Positions 33,037-45,773 of a stretch of DNA of 59,571 nt are shown one piece after another (the first letter of the stretch is position 1; every line of letters begins with the position of its first letter). The translations under genes were made by a program, and so were the position numbers. This stretch comes from an uncultured delta proteobacterium (lineage in GTDB: Bacteria; Desulfobacterota; Binatia; Bin18). The notes below the pieces were generated by a model that was not told the DNA's origin, did no database searches, and was given only the letters and a program-made list of their open reading frames with translations. Location: contig CAVTCR010000011.1 in assembly GCA_963733195.1 (NCBI GenBank), positions 1-59,571 on the forward strand. The letters run 5' to 3'.

Positions 33037-34684
33037 CGTTCGCCTCCGGAAGATGGGAATATTCGTATGCTTCTTCAGTCACAATTGGTGTAGTCGGTCA
33101 AAATTTTCGGTTGGCGGAGGGGAGGTTGTGTTCTCCCATTCCAACCCTTTTGCACGCCACGGATTCGGACCTGCTACCTTTCCAAACTTGAGCGACCAGA
33201 GGAAATAGATAAATGGGAGCACGTACCCAACTCCCAAAATCGTGGCCCCAGCTGTCGACATGACATTGAAGACCTGAAATTCAGGTGGATAGGTATGATA
33301 GCGCCGAGGCATACCAAGATAGCCGACGAGAAACTGCGGGAAAGAAGGTCAGATTGAAACCAAGGAACACCAGTGAAGCAGAAATCTTACCCCAGACCTC
33401 CGGATAACAGCGACCCGTAATCTTCGGCCACCAGAAGTGAAGACCACCAAGGAACGCCATAATTTCACCACCAACCATAATGTAGTGGAAATGCGCAACG
33501 ACAAAATAGGTGTCGTGCATGTGAATATCGAGTCCAGTGGTTCCCAAGAATAGGCCGGTCACTCCCCCAATCACAAACAGCCCCAAAAATCCGACAGTGA
33601 AGTACATGGGTGATTCGTAGGAAATCGACCCTTTGTAAAATGTTGCCGTCCAGTTGAACGTTTTGATGGCTGAGGGAATCGCCACCAGGAAGGTAATCAA
33701 CGAAAAAACCATCCCGACGTACACCGACTGGCCGCTCACATACATGTGGTGGCCCCAGACGAAGAAGCCGATGATGGCAATGCCAAGGCTGGAGAACGCG
33801 ACAAACGAGTAACCAAATATCCGTCTGCGCGCAACACAGGCGATCATCTCGCTGATGACTCCCATGCCAGGCAGGATCATGATGTACACAGCGGGATGCG
33901 AGTAAAACCAAAATAGATGTTGGAACAGAACAGGGTCGCCGCCAAGGTTGGGATTGAAGATCCCTAGTCCTAAGCCACGTTCAAGCATCAACAACACAAG
34001 CGTAATAGCGATAACTGGCGTCGCAAGGACTTGGATGAGACTCGTGGCATAGAGCGCCCAAATAAACAGCGGCAAGCGAAACCAGGTCATCCCCGGTGCC
34101 CGCATCGTATGAGTAGTGACGATAAAATTGAGTCCGGTCAGGATTGAGGAGAACCCGATAGTAAACGCCCCCATGGCAGTGAGCACGACATTACTATTAG
34201 AGTACACCGAACTGTAGGGAGTGTAGAACGTCCATCCCGTATCGACTCCACCGAAAATTGCTGAGATCACCACAAAGGTTCCGCCGAGCATAAAGACGTA
34301 CCAGCTCATGAGGTTAAGCCGCGGGAATGCGACATCCCGGGCACCGATCATGAGTGGAATGAGAAAGTTGCCTAAGACAGCGGGAATCGACGGGATCAGC
34401 ACAAGGAAGATCATGATGAGCCCGTGCATGGTGAACATCTTGTTATAGGTCTCGGCCTCCATCAGGTCGCCGGCTGGAGTCAGAAGTTCCAGACGAATCA
34501 TGAGCGCAAAAGCTGCCCCCACGATAAAGAAGATAGCAATCGCAACCATGTAGAGGATGGCGATACGTTTGTGGTCCAACGTCAGGAGCCACGACGTCAG
34601 GCTATATCCGTCGTTGAGATAATTCCGACTCGGGATTTCTAATGCTGGCGCTTCTTCATGTTTAGGAACCGCTACTGCGCTCAT
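33014..34684 (-). CDS. coxA: Cytochrome c oxidase subunit I, A2-type (C-terminal frameshifts)
   Basis: [21 protein letters not shown] (YS motif), WGHHM, VAHFHY. Confidence 0.95.
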
Positions 34685-34703
34685 AGTTCACCCTTGTCTT
34701 TGT

Positions 34704-35867
34704 TCACATTGTCTGGTCTTCATTAGGCGAAGAGGTTCCGTCGGCTTGAGGTTCGGTCGGTTGAGCTGCCGGCGCCTCAGTTCCAGCATTTGGCTGCGCT
34801 TCATCCGTTGGCGGCGCTACCGCAGCAGGTGCTTCAGTCGCTGGGCTTACCGCCTGTCCTTCTGTCGGTTGCGGTTCAGTCGGTTCTGCTTCGGTAGGTT
34901 TCGCAGCTGTAACGTGCTCTCCTGGCGCCCCACCTAGAGACTTAATATACGCGATCAGTTGCAGGATTGCATCTTCCGTCACCTGACCTTGGAACGTCGG
35001 CATATTCGGCTGATACCCAGCCACGACCTTAGCAGTGGGGTTGAGGATAGATTCGCGGATATAGGCTTCATCAACAACAGCGGTTTGTCCGCTTACTAAT
35101 TTGACTTCTTTGCCGAACAGTCCTTGTAGCACCGGAGCCATAATACCATTAGTCTGATGGCAGGTGACACAGCGTTGCTCCTGAAAGAGGCGAGCACCAG
35201 CAACTTCTGCTGTTTCTCCGGTATTGACGGATGAGGCTCCGCCAAACTTGAGCCATTGTTCATATTGGGTCGGGTCCATGACCACGACACGGCCAATCAT
35301 CATTGAGTGCTGGGTCCCACAGTATTCAGCGCAAAAAATATGATACTCTCCAGGTTTCGTTGGCTCGAACCAGCTCGTTGTATAACGGCCGGGAACCGCA
35401 TCCATTTTGGTGCGGAACGCTGGAATATAGAAGCTATGCAGAACATCCTCAGAAGTGATCGTCAGTTTTACCGGCTGACCAATTGGCACATGGAGTTCGT
35501 TGATCTCACGTTTCCCTGACGGATGCTGCACTTTCCACATCCACTGTTTGCCGACAACAGAAAAATTTATCGCCTCCGCCGGAGGGGTTGAGAGCTCATA
35601 AAAAAGTACGACTCCCCAGCCAAACATGACCAGGACGATGCCGAGCGGAATAACGGACCAAAGAATTTCAAGGGGGAGGTTTCCTTCAATCTGTTCTGGA
35701 ATTTCGTCGTCCGAGCGCCGTTTGTACTTGACCACAAACGCAACAATAGCGGCGTAGATCCCGAGCGTCACTAAACCAGTGACAAGGGTAATGAAAATGT
35801 AGACTGCATCAACCTTCCAGGCGAAGGAGGATGCGAGATCAGGCCAAAAAGCGAATTTTCCTATCAT
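34704..35867 (-). CDS. coxB: Cytochrome c oxidase subunit II with fused cytochrome c (caa3-type)
   Basis: DVLHSF, CuA motif CAEYCGTQHSMM, heme motif CVTCH, Pro/Glu/Ala-rich tail. Confidence 0.95.
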   Translation of the reverse strand: MIGKFAFWPDLASSFAWKVDAVYIFITLVTGLVTLGIYAAIVAFVVKYKRRSDDEIPEQIEGNLPLEILWSVIPLGIVLVMFGWGVVLFYELSTPPAEAINFSVVGKQWMWKVQHPSGKREINELHVPIGQPVKLTITSEDVLHSFYIPAFRTKMDAVPGRYTTSWFEPTKPGEYHIFCAEYCGTQHSMMIGRVVVMDPTQYEQWLKFGGASSVNTGETAEVAGARLFQEQRCVTCHQTNGIMAPVLQGLFGKEVKLVSGQTAVVDEAYIRESILNPTAKVVAGYQPNMPTFQGQVTEDAILQLIAYIKSLGGAPGEHVTAAKPTEAEPTEPQPTEGQAVSPATEAPAAVAPPTDEAQPNAGTEAPAAQPTEPQADGTSSPNEDQTM

Positions 35868-35889
35868 GGTCGTTCGGTGTACACGCGGC

Positions 35890-36843
35890 TTACGCGTTAC
35901 TTTTCCTTGGTGGCAGCGCCTTTATCTTATCGCCGGTGATTTTGTCACGACGATCGCGACGAGCGGAGATCAACATGAAGCTCCCCAGTGCGAGCACCGT
36001 TACCAAGCCACCAAGTTGTAAGGCTCTCGTAATGATCAGACCATACTTTCCAGTCGTTGGATCATAATGGAAACAGAGTAACAGCACCTGATCAACCGGC
36101 GAACCGATCTTGCCAGCCGATGCCTCAACCAGTCCGAGGCGAACATCGCGTGGGGCATATTCAATGCCGTAGAAATAGCGCGACAGTTTTCCGTCTGGCG
36201 TGAGGATCATAATGCCGCTGGGGTGCGCGTACTGCTGGACTTTCTCATCGTAGGTGTAGCGAAAACCCACCGCTTGGGTCAGTTGCTGTACGGTCGCCTC
36301 ATCTCCAGTTAAGAAATGCCAACCAGCCTCTGCTCCTTTGCGATTATAGCTTTGTAGGGAGGTTTGTCGCTTTGCCGCTGCCATAGCGGGTGTATCTTTC
36401 GGATTAAAACTTACAGTGACGATATTGAATTCTGTCCCGGCAGAAAATGACAGCGTACGCAGGGTGCGAATGAGCCCGTTAATAACCAAGGTACACAGCA
36501 TCGGACAGTCATAATAAGCAAACGAAAGAATCACGGGCTTCTCGCCAAAATAATCGCCTAACTGCACAGTCTTTCCGGTCTCGTCGCGAAACGAGAGTGT
36601 CAGCGGCAGTTGCTCGTTGAGGCGTTGATCCAGACCGATATTCGCAAACGGATTCTCTGATGCTGGCTTACTGTATGAGGGATTTTGATTATACGCGGCG
36701 AGTTGCGCTGTTGCCGCAGATGAAAGCATAGGGATAAGAGCGCACACCGTTAGCAGAAGAATCCATCGAGAGCCTCGTCGCGTCACGAAGTCGGGATGCA
36801 GGGGCATTCTCCGATAGGAACAGTATGTGTTGTTCTCGCCCAT
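35890..36843 (-). CDS. SCO family protein
   Basis: YYDCPMLC motif, WHFLTG, AHPSG; typical position in ACIII-oxidase clusters. Confidence 0.9.
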   Translation of the reverse strand: MGENNTYCSYRRMPLHPDFVTRRGSRWILLLTVCALIPMLSSAATAQLAAYNQNPSYSKPASENPFANIGLDQRLNEQLPLTLSFRDETGKTVQLGDYFGEKPVILSFAYYDCPMLCTLVINGLIRTLRTLSFSAGTEFNIVTVSFNPKDTPAMAAAKRQTSLQSYNRKGAEAGWHFLTGDEATVQQLTQAVGFRYTYDEKVQQYAHPSGIMILTPDGKLSRYFYGIEYAPRDVRLGLVEASAGKIGSPVDQVLLLCFHYDPTTGKYGLIITRALQLGGLVTVLALGSFMLISARRDRRDKITGDKIKALPPRKSNA

Positions 36844-36851
36844 GTTTTTAC

Positions 36852-37271
36852 TTACTGCGCAGGCTTTGTTTCTTCTCTTGCTGGTAAGCCTCGCTGCGCC
36901 AAAAGCTCAATTGCACGTTCGACAGGAATGCCAACAACACCAAGATCTTTGTTCACCCAGTGGTACCCCTGCAAAGTAGCAGCTTCTTTCGCACGCACTT
37001 CCTTCAAATCTTGGCCGGAAGCAACCTGGAGGCGCGGGGTCGGAGGTAACTGTTCAGGGTTTGCGAGAGGCGACAGCGGCTCGTCGGTTCGTGTGTAATT
37101 GAAGTTCATGTAGTCAAGTAAGATCTTCACGGTCGCGAACGTGGCCAATGCAGTAACAGCAAGAATGATCGCAAACAAGACAACCGGTTTGACTTGAACC
37201 GTGCTAGTCTCATGGAGGGTCTCAGGGTGGTGTCCCTCAGATGGATGATGTTTTGCTGCGTGCGAGTCCAT
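36852..37271 (-). CDS. ACIII-associated single-TM protein (ActG-like position)
   Basis: One TM helix, PPTPRLQ, YHWVN...IPVERAI; lies between actF and SCO. Confidence 0.65.
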   Translation of the reverse strand: MDSHAAKHHPSEGHHPETLHETSTVQVKPVVLFAIILAVTALATFATVKILLDYMNFNYTRTDEPLSPLANPEQLPPTPRLQVASGQDLKEVRAKEAATLQGYHWVNKDLGVVGIPVERAIELLAQRGLPAREETKPAQ

Positions 37272-37283
37272 AGATTACAACCT

Positions 37284-38467
37284 TCACGCGTGTTCTAACT
37301 CCCCAGTAACTGCTTCGTAAGAATTGTCCGGCAGTGGTAGAAGGGACCGTCCTTGTAAGAGCCAGAAGAACGCTGCTAACCACGCACCTCCTATAGCAAT
37401 AACCGGGATAAGATAGAACAAGTGAAAATGGAATTCATGAGGAGCAAAAGCAGGAACGATCTGCCAGAAAAGATCAACGAATCGAACGATGAGCATATAT
37501 CCCGCAACCCACACCAATAGGTGCTTCTTTCGCTTCAGCTTTTGCGAGAGCAGGATAAAGAACGGAACGAAGAAATGAAAAATCATGAGTCCGATGCCAA
37601 TGATCTGCCATCCATTACGAATGCGGTGAAGATACCAGGGAATTTCTTCCGGTAAGTTCGCCGACCAGATAATTAAAAACTGTGAGAAGGCTGCGTACGC
37701 CCACAGGACGATGAAGCCGTGCATGAGTTTGCCCAAGTCATGAAAACATTTGGGCGTGGTTAACTCGGTAAAGGGTTCATAATTTGAAAACCATCTGGTC
37801 ATCACAATCGCGAACGCGAGCGTGACCAAACCTTGACATACGACAAACAACGCACCGTAGATGCTGGAATACCAGTGCGGCTCCAGGGACATAACCCAGT
37901 CAAAAGATGCTCCTGTTGTTATCAGAAAGAACAATACGTGCTCCCGGACCGCTAATGTTTTCCAGTTTTTTCACAATCTCCAGATTAGGCGTTTTCTCGA
38001 AATCCTGTGATCGCTTGTGGAGCATCCACATCCACACAAACCAAAACGCAAAGTAGAGTGCCGCACGAAGAAGGAATGCCTGCGGATTCAGATAAAAGGC
38101 TTTTCGCTGGAGAATGTGGTCATGGGCAACATGTTCGGCATTAGCCCATTCGTACAAATACGGAATTCCTGGAATTAGTAGAAGAAAGAGCAACGCCATT
38201 AATGGTAACGTGCGCATTCCAGCTTCGAGAAACCGCCGGCTGGCATGGCCCCAATCGCCACCAACAAGATTGTGCATCATCACTAAACCGAGGCACCCCA
38301 AGGTGAGGTTCATCCAGAACATAAATCCCAGAAGGTAGCCTCGATAGAAAATAGCTGGGTTCGTAACGGCTCCACCAATGCAGGCGAGCGCGCCAACGAC
38401 CGCAATACCTACGGCAGAGTTTCTGATTGCTCGCGATTTTTGCACGTAAGGCTTCAGAAATGTTCAT
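37284..38467 (-). CDS. actF: Alternative complex III subunit F (frameshifts)
   Basis: DWVMSLEPHWYSSIYG, HDLGKL, FSQFLIIWSANLPEEI. Confidence 0.9.
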
Positions 38468-39057
38468 TAGTGCGTTCCGTCTAGTTGCTGTCGTGCATCT
38501 GCTGGGACATCGTCAATCTTGGCGTTCTGACTCAGCTGTAATGCACGAATATAAGAGATAATTGCCCAGCGGTCACGGACAGAAATCCGGTCTGAATAAT
38601 CAAACATCGCACCAAAACCGTTGGTCATCACATTGAAGAAATAGCCAACCGGAGCCTCACGCAAACGGTCAATATGGTATGAAGGCGGGTGCTTCAATCC
38701 CCGTTGAACAATCATTCCCTCACCATCGCCCAACCCGCCATGGCAAGGAGTGCAGTAGATGTTGTAGCGCTCCTGGCCGCGCAAGATCACATCTTGTGTA
38801 ATAGGAAATGGGAACGTGGTCACAAATTCGTCATTCACTCGCCCGGTATACAAATGCGCATCCTCTTGCAGGGTGCCGCGCGCGATTACTCCGGTGACAA
38901 GCGGACGGGCTGCACGGCCATCAGGAAAAAAATCGCTTGCTTCCAGAGGCTCATACCTTGGCTGATCATGCATATCTTGCCGACAGCCGGCAGTTACCAG
39001 CAGACTGCCGAGTACCAGTCCCAAGAATCCGGTCTTGTGTATAATACGTGATACCAT
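38467..39057 (-). CDS. actE: Alternative complex III monoheme lipoprotein subunit E
   Basis: Lipobox TAG-C, RQDMHDQP, heme motif CTPCH. Confidence 0.9.
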   Translation of the reverse strand: MVSRIIHKTGFLGLVLGSLLVTAGCRQDMHDQPRYEPLEASDFFPDGRAARPLVTGVIARGTLQEDAHLYTGRVNDEFVTTFPFPITQDVILRGQERYNIYCTPCHGGLGDGEGMIVQRGLKHPPSYHIDRLREAPVGYFFNVMTNGFGAMFDYSDRISVRDRWAIISYIRALQLSQNAKIDDVPADARQQLDGTH

Positions 39058-39061
39058 AACG

Positions 39062-39616
39062 CTACGATTCGACTTCTGAGATATGCGTTGGATGACACTG
39101 CTCGAGGAAACTTTTAGTTTTCCCAAGGTCAAACTTCGGATCTGCCGCTTCGATACAAAGAAAGAAGCGATCATTCGACGCCATGCTGAATCGGTCAACA
39201 TTAAAAACCGGATGATACGGCATCGGTAAACCGTTCAAAGCAAACATAGAAAGCACAGCCGCGAACGACGCAAATAAGATCATCAGCTCGTAGGTGACTG
39301 GGATGAAAGACGGCCAACTATGATACGGTTTGCCTCCGACCATGACAGGATAGTCAATCACTGACACCCAATACTGGAGGCCATATCCTGCAGCAAGCCC
39401 CGTCAATCCGCCCAAGAGCACGAAGAGTGGGAGCCAGGATTTTTTGAACCCAAGTGCCTCGTCGAGTTCTTCAATCGGAAATGGCGAATAGCCATCCATC
39501 TTCGTGTAACCAGCTTTCCGCGCACTATGAGCGGCAGCCATCAGTGACTCGGGAGAGTCGAATTCGGCCATCACGCCATAGAGTGACGGTTTTTTGTCTG
39601 CGTGTGCTGAACTCAT
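39062..39616 (-). CDS. actD: Alternative complex III subunit D (DUF3341)
   Basis: AEFDSP, YSPFPI, GGKP..SWPSFIPVTYE. Confidence 0.9.
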   Translation of the reverse strand: MSSAHADKKPSLYGVMAEFDSPESLMAAAHSARKAGYTKMDGYSPFPIEELDEALGFKKSWLPLFVLLGGLTGLAAGYGLQYWVSVIDYPVMVGGKPYHSWPSFIPVTYELMILFASFAAVLSMFALNGLPMPYHPVFNVDRFSMASNDRFFLCIEAADPKFDLGKTKSFLEQCHPTHISEVES

Positions 39617-41046
39617 GCAGCCGCCTCCTCTGCGTGAGCTTTCTCGTGCTTCTTGCCGTGATGTTTCCTCTCAAACAACAGGAGTCGCATTTCTGCAATA
39701 GAAATCGCCGGAAGTCCACGAACAAACAGCAGCATCATGGCCAAGAAAAATCCGAGGGTGCCAATGAACATCCCGAAGTCCCAGATCGTCGGATAGTACA
39801 TTCCCCACGATGAAGGCATGAAGTCGCGGTGCAAGCTTGTGACCACAATCACAAACCGTTCGAGCCACATGCCAACATTGATCGACATCGAAATCAGGAA
39901 GAGCATACCGATACTCTGTCGAATTCGACGGAACCACAATAGTTGAGGAATGAGAATATTGGTGAGAACTAATGTCCAATACGACCAGCCATACGGTCCG
40001 AACATACGGTTGGTCATCATGAAGCTTTCATACGTGTTGGCGGCGTAGACCAAGCTAATGAACGCTTCCATCGCATAGCCATAGGCAACGAAGAGACCAG
40101 TCGCCAGCATCACTTTGGCCATGTTGTCCATGTGGCGCATGGTGATGAAATCTTCCAGATTATACACAGATCGCAATGGAATACCCAAGGTAAACACCAT
40201 TGCGAACCCGGCGTAGACGGCACCAGCAACGAAATACGGCGGGAAGATTGTCGTATGCCAACCAGGAATGAGCGACACCGCAAAGTCGAAGCTCACGATT
40301 GAGTGAACCGACACAACCAGTGGCGTTGAAATCCCAGCGAGCAGGAGATAGGCAATCTCGTAGCGCTGCCAGTGCAGAGCTGACCCGCGCCAGCCCATCG
40401 CTAACATCCCATAGATCGTCTGTCCGACTTTGGTCTTTGCCCGGTCACGCATGGCAGCCAAGTCAGGAACTAAACCGACGTACCAGAAAAGCAAAGAGAC
40501 AGTGAGATAGGTAAGGACTGCAAACACGTCCCAAATCAGCGGGCTGCGAAATTGTGGCCATACGCCCATCGTATTCGGATACGGAAACAGCCAGTACGCC
40601 GCGAGCCAGGGACGTCCGGTGTGGAGCAGAGGGAACATGCCCGCGCACAACACCGCAACTAATGTCATTGCCTCAGCAAAACGGTTGATCGAGGTACGCC
40701 ACTGTTGATTCAACAGATGCAGAACAGCCGAAATCAGTGTTCCAGCGTGTCCGATACCGATCCACCAGACGAAATTGATAATCGCAAACCCCCAGCCAAT
40801 CGGAATCGTAATTCCCCAAATTCCAGTACCAACGAACAGTAGTACTACTGCGGAGATGGTTAACGAACCGACTCCCATCAGTGCGATGGCAAGAGCGACG
40901 AACCAGCTTGTCGGAATATGTCCCGACAACACCACATCGCTGAGCTTTTCAGTAATCGATCGGTACGAGAGCCCTGGGCCCATAATGGGCGGGACTTGAT
41001 TCTCTCCCGTGTATTGCTGAGGAACAGACCGTGCCGCACTAGACAT
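39613..41046 (-). CDS. actC: Alternative complex III NrfD-family subunit C
   Basis: [51 protein letters not shown]. Confidence 0.95.
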   Translation of the reverse strand: MSSAARSVPQQYTGENQVPPIMGPGLSYRSITEKLSDVVLSGHIPTSWFVALAIALMGVGSLTISAVVLLFVGTGIWGITIPIGWGFAIINFVWWIGIGHAGTLISAVLHLLNQQWRTSINRFAEAMTLVAVLCAGMFPLLHTGRPWLAAYWLFPYPNTMGVWPQFRSPLIWDVFAVLTYLTVSLLFWYVGLVPDLAAMRDRAKTKVGQTIYGMLAMGWRGSALHWQRYEIAYLLLAGISTPLVVSVHSIVSFDFAVSLIPGWHTTIFPPYFVAGAVYAGFAMVFTLGIPLRSVYNLEDFITMRHMDNMAKVMLATGLFVAYGYAMEAFISLVYAANTYESFMMTNRMFGPYGWSYWTLVLTNILIPQLLWFRRIRQSIGMLFLISMSINVGMWLERFVIVVTSLHRDFMPSSWGMYYPTIWDFGMFIGTLGFFLAMMLLFVRGLPAISIAEMRLLLFERKHHGKKHEKAHAEEAAA

Positions 41047-44033
41047 TCTCAATCTCCGGATTTGGGTTCTTGAGTCGCGCTAAGTACGTCGTGCGTGGGC
41101 GAGTGTTCAGGTCCGTCAGCAATCCGTAGTTTAGAGGAGACGCCTTTATCTTCGCCACACGACTATTCGGATCGTTGATATCGCCGAACACAATCGCATC
41201 GGCTGGGCAAGCAGCTTGACATGCAGTGACGACCTCTCCGTCACGAACCTGCCGATCTTCCTTTTCTGCCGTAATACGCGCAGCATTGATACGTTGCACA
41301 CAATACGTACACTTTTCCATAACCCCACGGCTACGAATGCTGACATTGGGATTTCGTTGCATTTTAATCGAGGGGGTATCCCAATCTTGGAAGAGGAAAA
41401 AGTTGAACCGTCGCACTTTGTATGGGCAGTTATTCGAACAATACCGTGTACCCACACAGCGGTTATAGACCATGTCATTCAGCCCCTCTTTGCTATGAAC
41501 CGTTGCTCCCACTGGGCAGACAGGTTCACACGGGGCGTTCTCACACTGCATGCAGGGAACAGGTTGGTGTACAGTTTCTGGGTTATCGAGCTCACCACTG
41601 TAGTAGCGGTCAACACGAATCCAATGCATTACGCGACCGATACCAACTTGCTTCTTTCCGACGACTGGAATGTTGTTCTCTGCCTGGCAGGCGATAGTAC
41701 ACGCATTGCACCCGATACAGGAACTGAGGTCGATAGTCATTCCCCAGGCGCGCCCATCATACTTCACGGGGGGATAGAGCGTCATATCCGGGGCAGGATC
41801 TTCAGCCCATCTCTTTCACGAACTCTGGTTTGTGATGAAACTCGCCTATCGTGCCGACACGGACGAGGTTTCGTCCCTCCATGCTATAGTGGTCTTGGGT
41901 AGCAACAAGTTCATAGGTTTTGCTGGTTTTGCGAATCTCTACGCCCGTACCAACCCATGGCGCATCAGACGTTCGTAACGCATTGGCGTTAAAGCCGATT
42001 CCTCCACCAACCCGACCTGCATGCGTACGACCATAACCTAAATGGACAGTGACCGCGTTGTCTGGATACCCAGGAGCAACCCATACTGGGGCTTCGATGG
42101 CCTGATCTCGATAACTCAACGTCACAACTTCATGATTGGAAAGATTCAGCCGTTCAGCCATCGCTGGACTGATAATGGCTGCGTTGTCCCAGGTCAACTT
42201 GGTTAGCGGCTTGGGTAATTCTTGCAACCATCCGTTATTACTAAAACGACCATCCCACACAGTGGGATCCGGACGGAAGATGATCTCCGAGGTCGCAGCT
42301 CCGTTTGTGTTCCCGGTCGTCGCCCAGTCGATACTCTTAAGCGATACAGATTTTGCTGGCAGTGCACTATTGGCAACAAGTCCGTCATGCAGTGCGTGAC
42401 GCCAGAAGTGCTCAAATTCACCCTCTGCTTTTTGGGTTTTCCAGTAGTTACGAACGATCTCGTAACCAGAAGCGCTCGCCTGCCCGAGCAACGCGGCTAC
42501 GACTTCATGGAACGATTTACCGCCGTACAAAGGAGCGATAAGCGGCTGAATGATTGACACCGTGCCATCATAGGCACGCGCATCGCTCCAGGCTTCGAGC
42601 GAATGAGCTTCAGGAATGTGCCAATGACAATGCTCGGAAGTCTCGTCTGCATGGAGGCTACAATGCGCACGGAAGGGAACTTTCTCTAAGATCTCGGTAA
42701 AGCGAAGATCGACTGGAGCGGAATATGCTGGATTCCCACCGAGAATGATCAACATCTCGACCTTCCCGGCTTCCATATCTTTGACCAACTCACGCAAAGA
42801 GGCCATCGATTCAACAGGTTCACTTTGGAGCGGCGTAGTGTAAACAACGGTCTTCCCAACGTTGCCTAACGCGTCGTTCATCGCGTGTGCGAGTGCATGT
42901 ACAGCCGGGGATTGGTAATCGCCAGCAACAACCAGACTCGAGCCCTTATGTTGCTGAAGATCACGCACTAACGCAGCAATCCACTTCGTATACTTCGCTC
43001 CCTCTGCCCATTGCCCAGACTGAACATTCGCGATACCGAGTTCAGCGGCAACCGCACGAGCAAGAGGCTCCACTTCACTCACACGCAATGACAGTCGATG
43101 ATCAGCCATACCACCAGTCAGCGAAGGGGTACTCTCCACCACGTAGAGGCGGTTCATCGTATTGGTGTGGGGATCTTGCACTTTACGCTTGGCAGAAAAA
43201 TCACGCGCATAGCGCACACTTCCCGGCATCGAGAAGAGTAGATCTGCATCAAGCGAGAGAATCACATCCGCTTTATCAACCTGATACACTGGATCAACGT
43301 CTTCACCGAACGCAAGGCGCGCCCCAGCACGCACGGCATCACGCCCTGCGGGTTCGTATTGATGCCAACGAGCTTGCGGATACTCTTTGAGCAATGATTG
43401 CAACTGCTGTGCGAGGGTCGGCGAGGTGACGGTCTCCGTTAGTATCCGTAACCCAACTCCCCCTTTGACTTTCTGATCGTCGAGCGGCGGTTTGAGGGCG
43501 GCGGTGAAAGCGTCCCAAGAACTGATGCGACGCGCGTTGGTAACGACTTGGCTGCGGTCAGGGTCATAGAGGTCAAGAACCGCAGCTTGCGTGAAGGCAT
43601 CAGTACTACCGAGGCTTCCTGGGTGTTGCGGGTTCCCTTCGATCTTAGTTGGGCGGCCAGTGTGGCTCTCGACCAGTACGCCAGTTGCAACGCCATTCAG
43701 TAACACCGCAGTTGCAAAAAACTGGGGTCGCCCAGGAAGAACTCCTTCCGGTGGTTTGGCATAGGGAACGATTTTTTCGTCTGGCTGCCGGGTGCAAGCA
43801 CTGAGCCCCCCTAGAGCTAGTGACGCTCCCATAAACTGGAGGAATTCTCGACGGCTGACAGAATCAAGCCACGAAGCATGCCGTGGGAATTCACGCTGGA
43901 GGAGTTCTTGAAATTCGTCAGTATTGGCAAGTTCCTCAAGACTACGCCAGTACTGTGGTCCGCGATTCTCAGAGAGACGGTTGCGAATCGTGGCCAAATC
44001 GAGTGGGGTTTTGGGCGGATGTGCTGTCGTCAT
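41039..44033 (-). CDS. actB: Alternative complex III subunit B (molybdopterin-like plus Fe-S domains; frameshift near 41790)
   Basis: YWRSLEEL, Tat motif [16 protein letters not shown]; C-terminal [29 protein letters not shown]. Confidence 0.95.
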
Positions 44034-44686
44034 CGGTGGCAAATCGAACAGTTAAGCATTTTGGCTTTATCGATATGATAGTCGCCGATCAGTTTTTCAC
44101 CCAACGCAAGCTGGTCACCGTCCGGCTTCCATCCCATCTGATATACGGCTTCCCGTGGACGGATAAATTTCTCTGGCTGCTTGTGACACTCAATGCACCA
44201 CTGCATATCCAGCGAGTACTGCTTCATCATCAGCGGCATTTGATCGACTCGCCCATGACACGATTCACAACCCACACCCTTACGGACATGGATGCTGTGG
44301 TTGAAGTAGACAAAGTCAGGAAGATCGTGGACACGAAGCCATTCAATCGCTTGGTCAGTCCGATAACTGGCGCGTATTGGTTCAAGGATCGGAGCCTCTG
44401 TCCAAATCTGGGAGTGGCAGGTCATACAGGTCTTGACCGCAGGAATCCCAGCAAAAGCCACATCCTCTACTGAGATGTGACAATAGCGACAGTCAATCCC
44501 AAGCCCATTAATGTGATGCTTATGGCTAAACGGTACAGGTTGTTCGCGAGAGACACCAACCATATTGACATAGGGTGATCGGGCAAGCCCCAGGACAAGT
44601 GCAAGCCCACCAGCAGCGAGGAGGCCACCAACAATGATACTGACCTTAGATAGAATGTTTGTCTTGGAATGGAAGATTTGAGCCAT
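44030..44686 (-). CDS. actA: Alternative complex III pentaheme cytochrome c subunit A
   Basis: MAQIF start; five CxxCH motifs (CRYCH, CMTCH, CESCH, CIECH, CSICH). Confidence 0.95.
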   Translation of the reverse strand: MAQIFHSKTNILSKVSIIVGGLLAAGGLALVLGLARSPYVNMVGVSREQPVPFSHKHHINGLGIDCRYCHISVEDVAFAGIPAVKTCMTCHSQIWTEAPILEPIRASYRTDQAIEWLRVHDLPDFVYFNHSIHVRKGVGCESCHGRVDQMPLMMKQYSLDMQWCIECHKQPEKFIRPREAVYQMGWKPDGDQLALGEKLIGDYHIDKAKMLNCSICHR

Positions 44687-45094
44687 CGAAGCGCCTTCTC
44701 TAAACTCCCTCTATGAGAAAAGCATTTGCTGCGATTGCAGACTATCCATGAGCGAAACTACACGAACTGTTATCTAGTGCTAGGGTGGCCTCGGACTGTC
44801 ACGGAATGATTCACAAAGCTATTTTTCTTTCATCGCGACACATGCGAATCAAGAGCATGTGTTTTCTTAGCGAAATCAGTAGCTTATCTTTTCCCTCTTC
44901 CGTATTTGCAACTTCACGCATCGCTTTTTCATTAGCGAGACTAACAATTGCGACGGAGGAAAAATCATACTCAAGCCCGCCCAGTTTCCCTGCCGGGCGG
45001 AAATATAAAGGAGGAGAAAAAATATGCAATGGCCCCTCACCATAACACGGATATTTTTCTCTCCCTGACGAAGGCCACGCTATCACTTCCCGTC

Positions 45095-45541
45095 CTACGC
45101 TTGTCCAGTTTGCTGGAGCCATAGCGCCTGTGCTTGCTCCCAACCAACCACAGCGAGCGTATTGCCCTCAGTATCAATGAACTGCAACGGGCCAAGAAAC
45201 GTCATGTAGAACTCGCTATCCTCAGGAAAATACGTCTGATCATGCCGCGCATTACAGGCTTCATAGCCATAGCCTACAGCATGGGCCGTCGCTCCGCCTT
45301 TTTCACTCCCCCCTCGGACTTCCATTTTTCCTTTTGTCAGTAAGTATTCTCCTGGTCCGATATGAACATGGCTCGCAAACGACGACCCTTTCGGGCAGTC
45401 GTAGATAGCCGTCCATGCTCCTACTTCTGGTGAGACATGCAACAACTTCCAACGGATCCCACCGGTAGAAAACTCCGCCGGAAACGGCTGCCACCGCACT
45501 GAACTTACATGGGTGTATTCATCAACTGGACGTTGTTTCAT
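45095..45541 (-). CDS. dke1: Acetylacetone-cleaving beta-diketone dioxygenase (Dke1-like cupin)
   Basis: CPKGSSFASHVHIGPGEYLLTKGKMEVRGG and FYMTFLGPL closely match Acinetobacter Dke1 as recalled; 3-His set (SHVH, ARH) present. Confidence 0.85.
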   Translation of the reverse strand: MKQRPVDEYTHVSSVRWQPFPAEFSTGGIRWKLLHVSPEVGAWTAIYDCPKGSSFASHVHIGPGEYLLTKGKMEVRGGSEKGGATAHAVGYGYEACNARHDQTYFPEDSEFYMTFLGPLQFIDTEGNTLAVVGWEQAQALWLQQTGQA

Positions 45542-45773
45542 TGTTACCTCTCCTCTTATCTAATGATTACAATTGAGGTCCCTCGCTCGCCTGTGCCGAC
45601 ATAGAACGCCTTTGGCCACTATGCAAGACCGTACGCAGCAGCCCAGCCAGCGCTTTCGTGTGCGGGTCAGGAAAAACGCAATCTCTGGCCAGGTATAACT
45701 TTCTCTATCTCTTTATATACGTTTCCTATGCTATGGTGGGGACGTAATTTTCCCCTGAACAAAGAGATCCGGA

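Noticed and set aside
41039-44033. actB apparently split into two genes (B1/B2)
   Set aside because: The break near 41790 looks like a single indel in a continuous coding sequence and no RBS precedes the downstream ATG.
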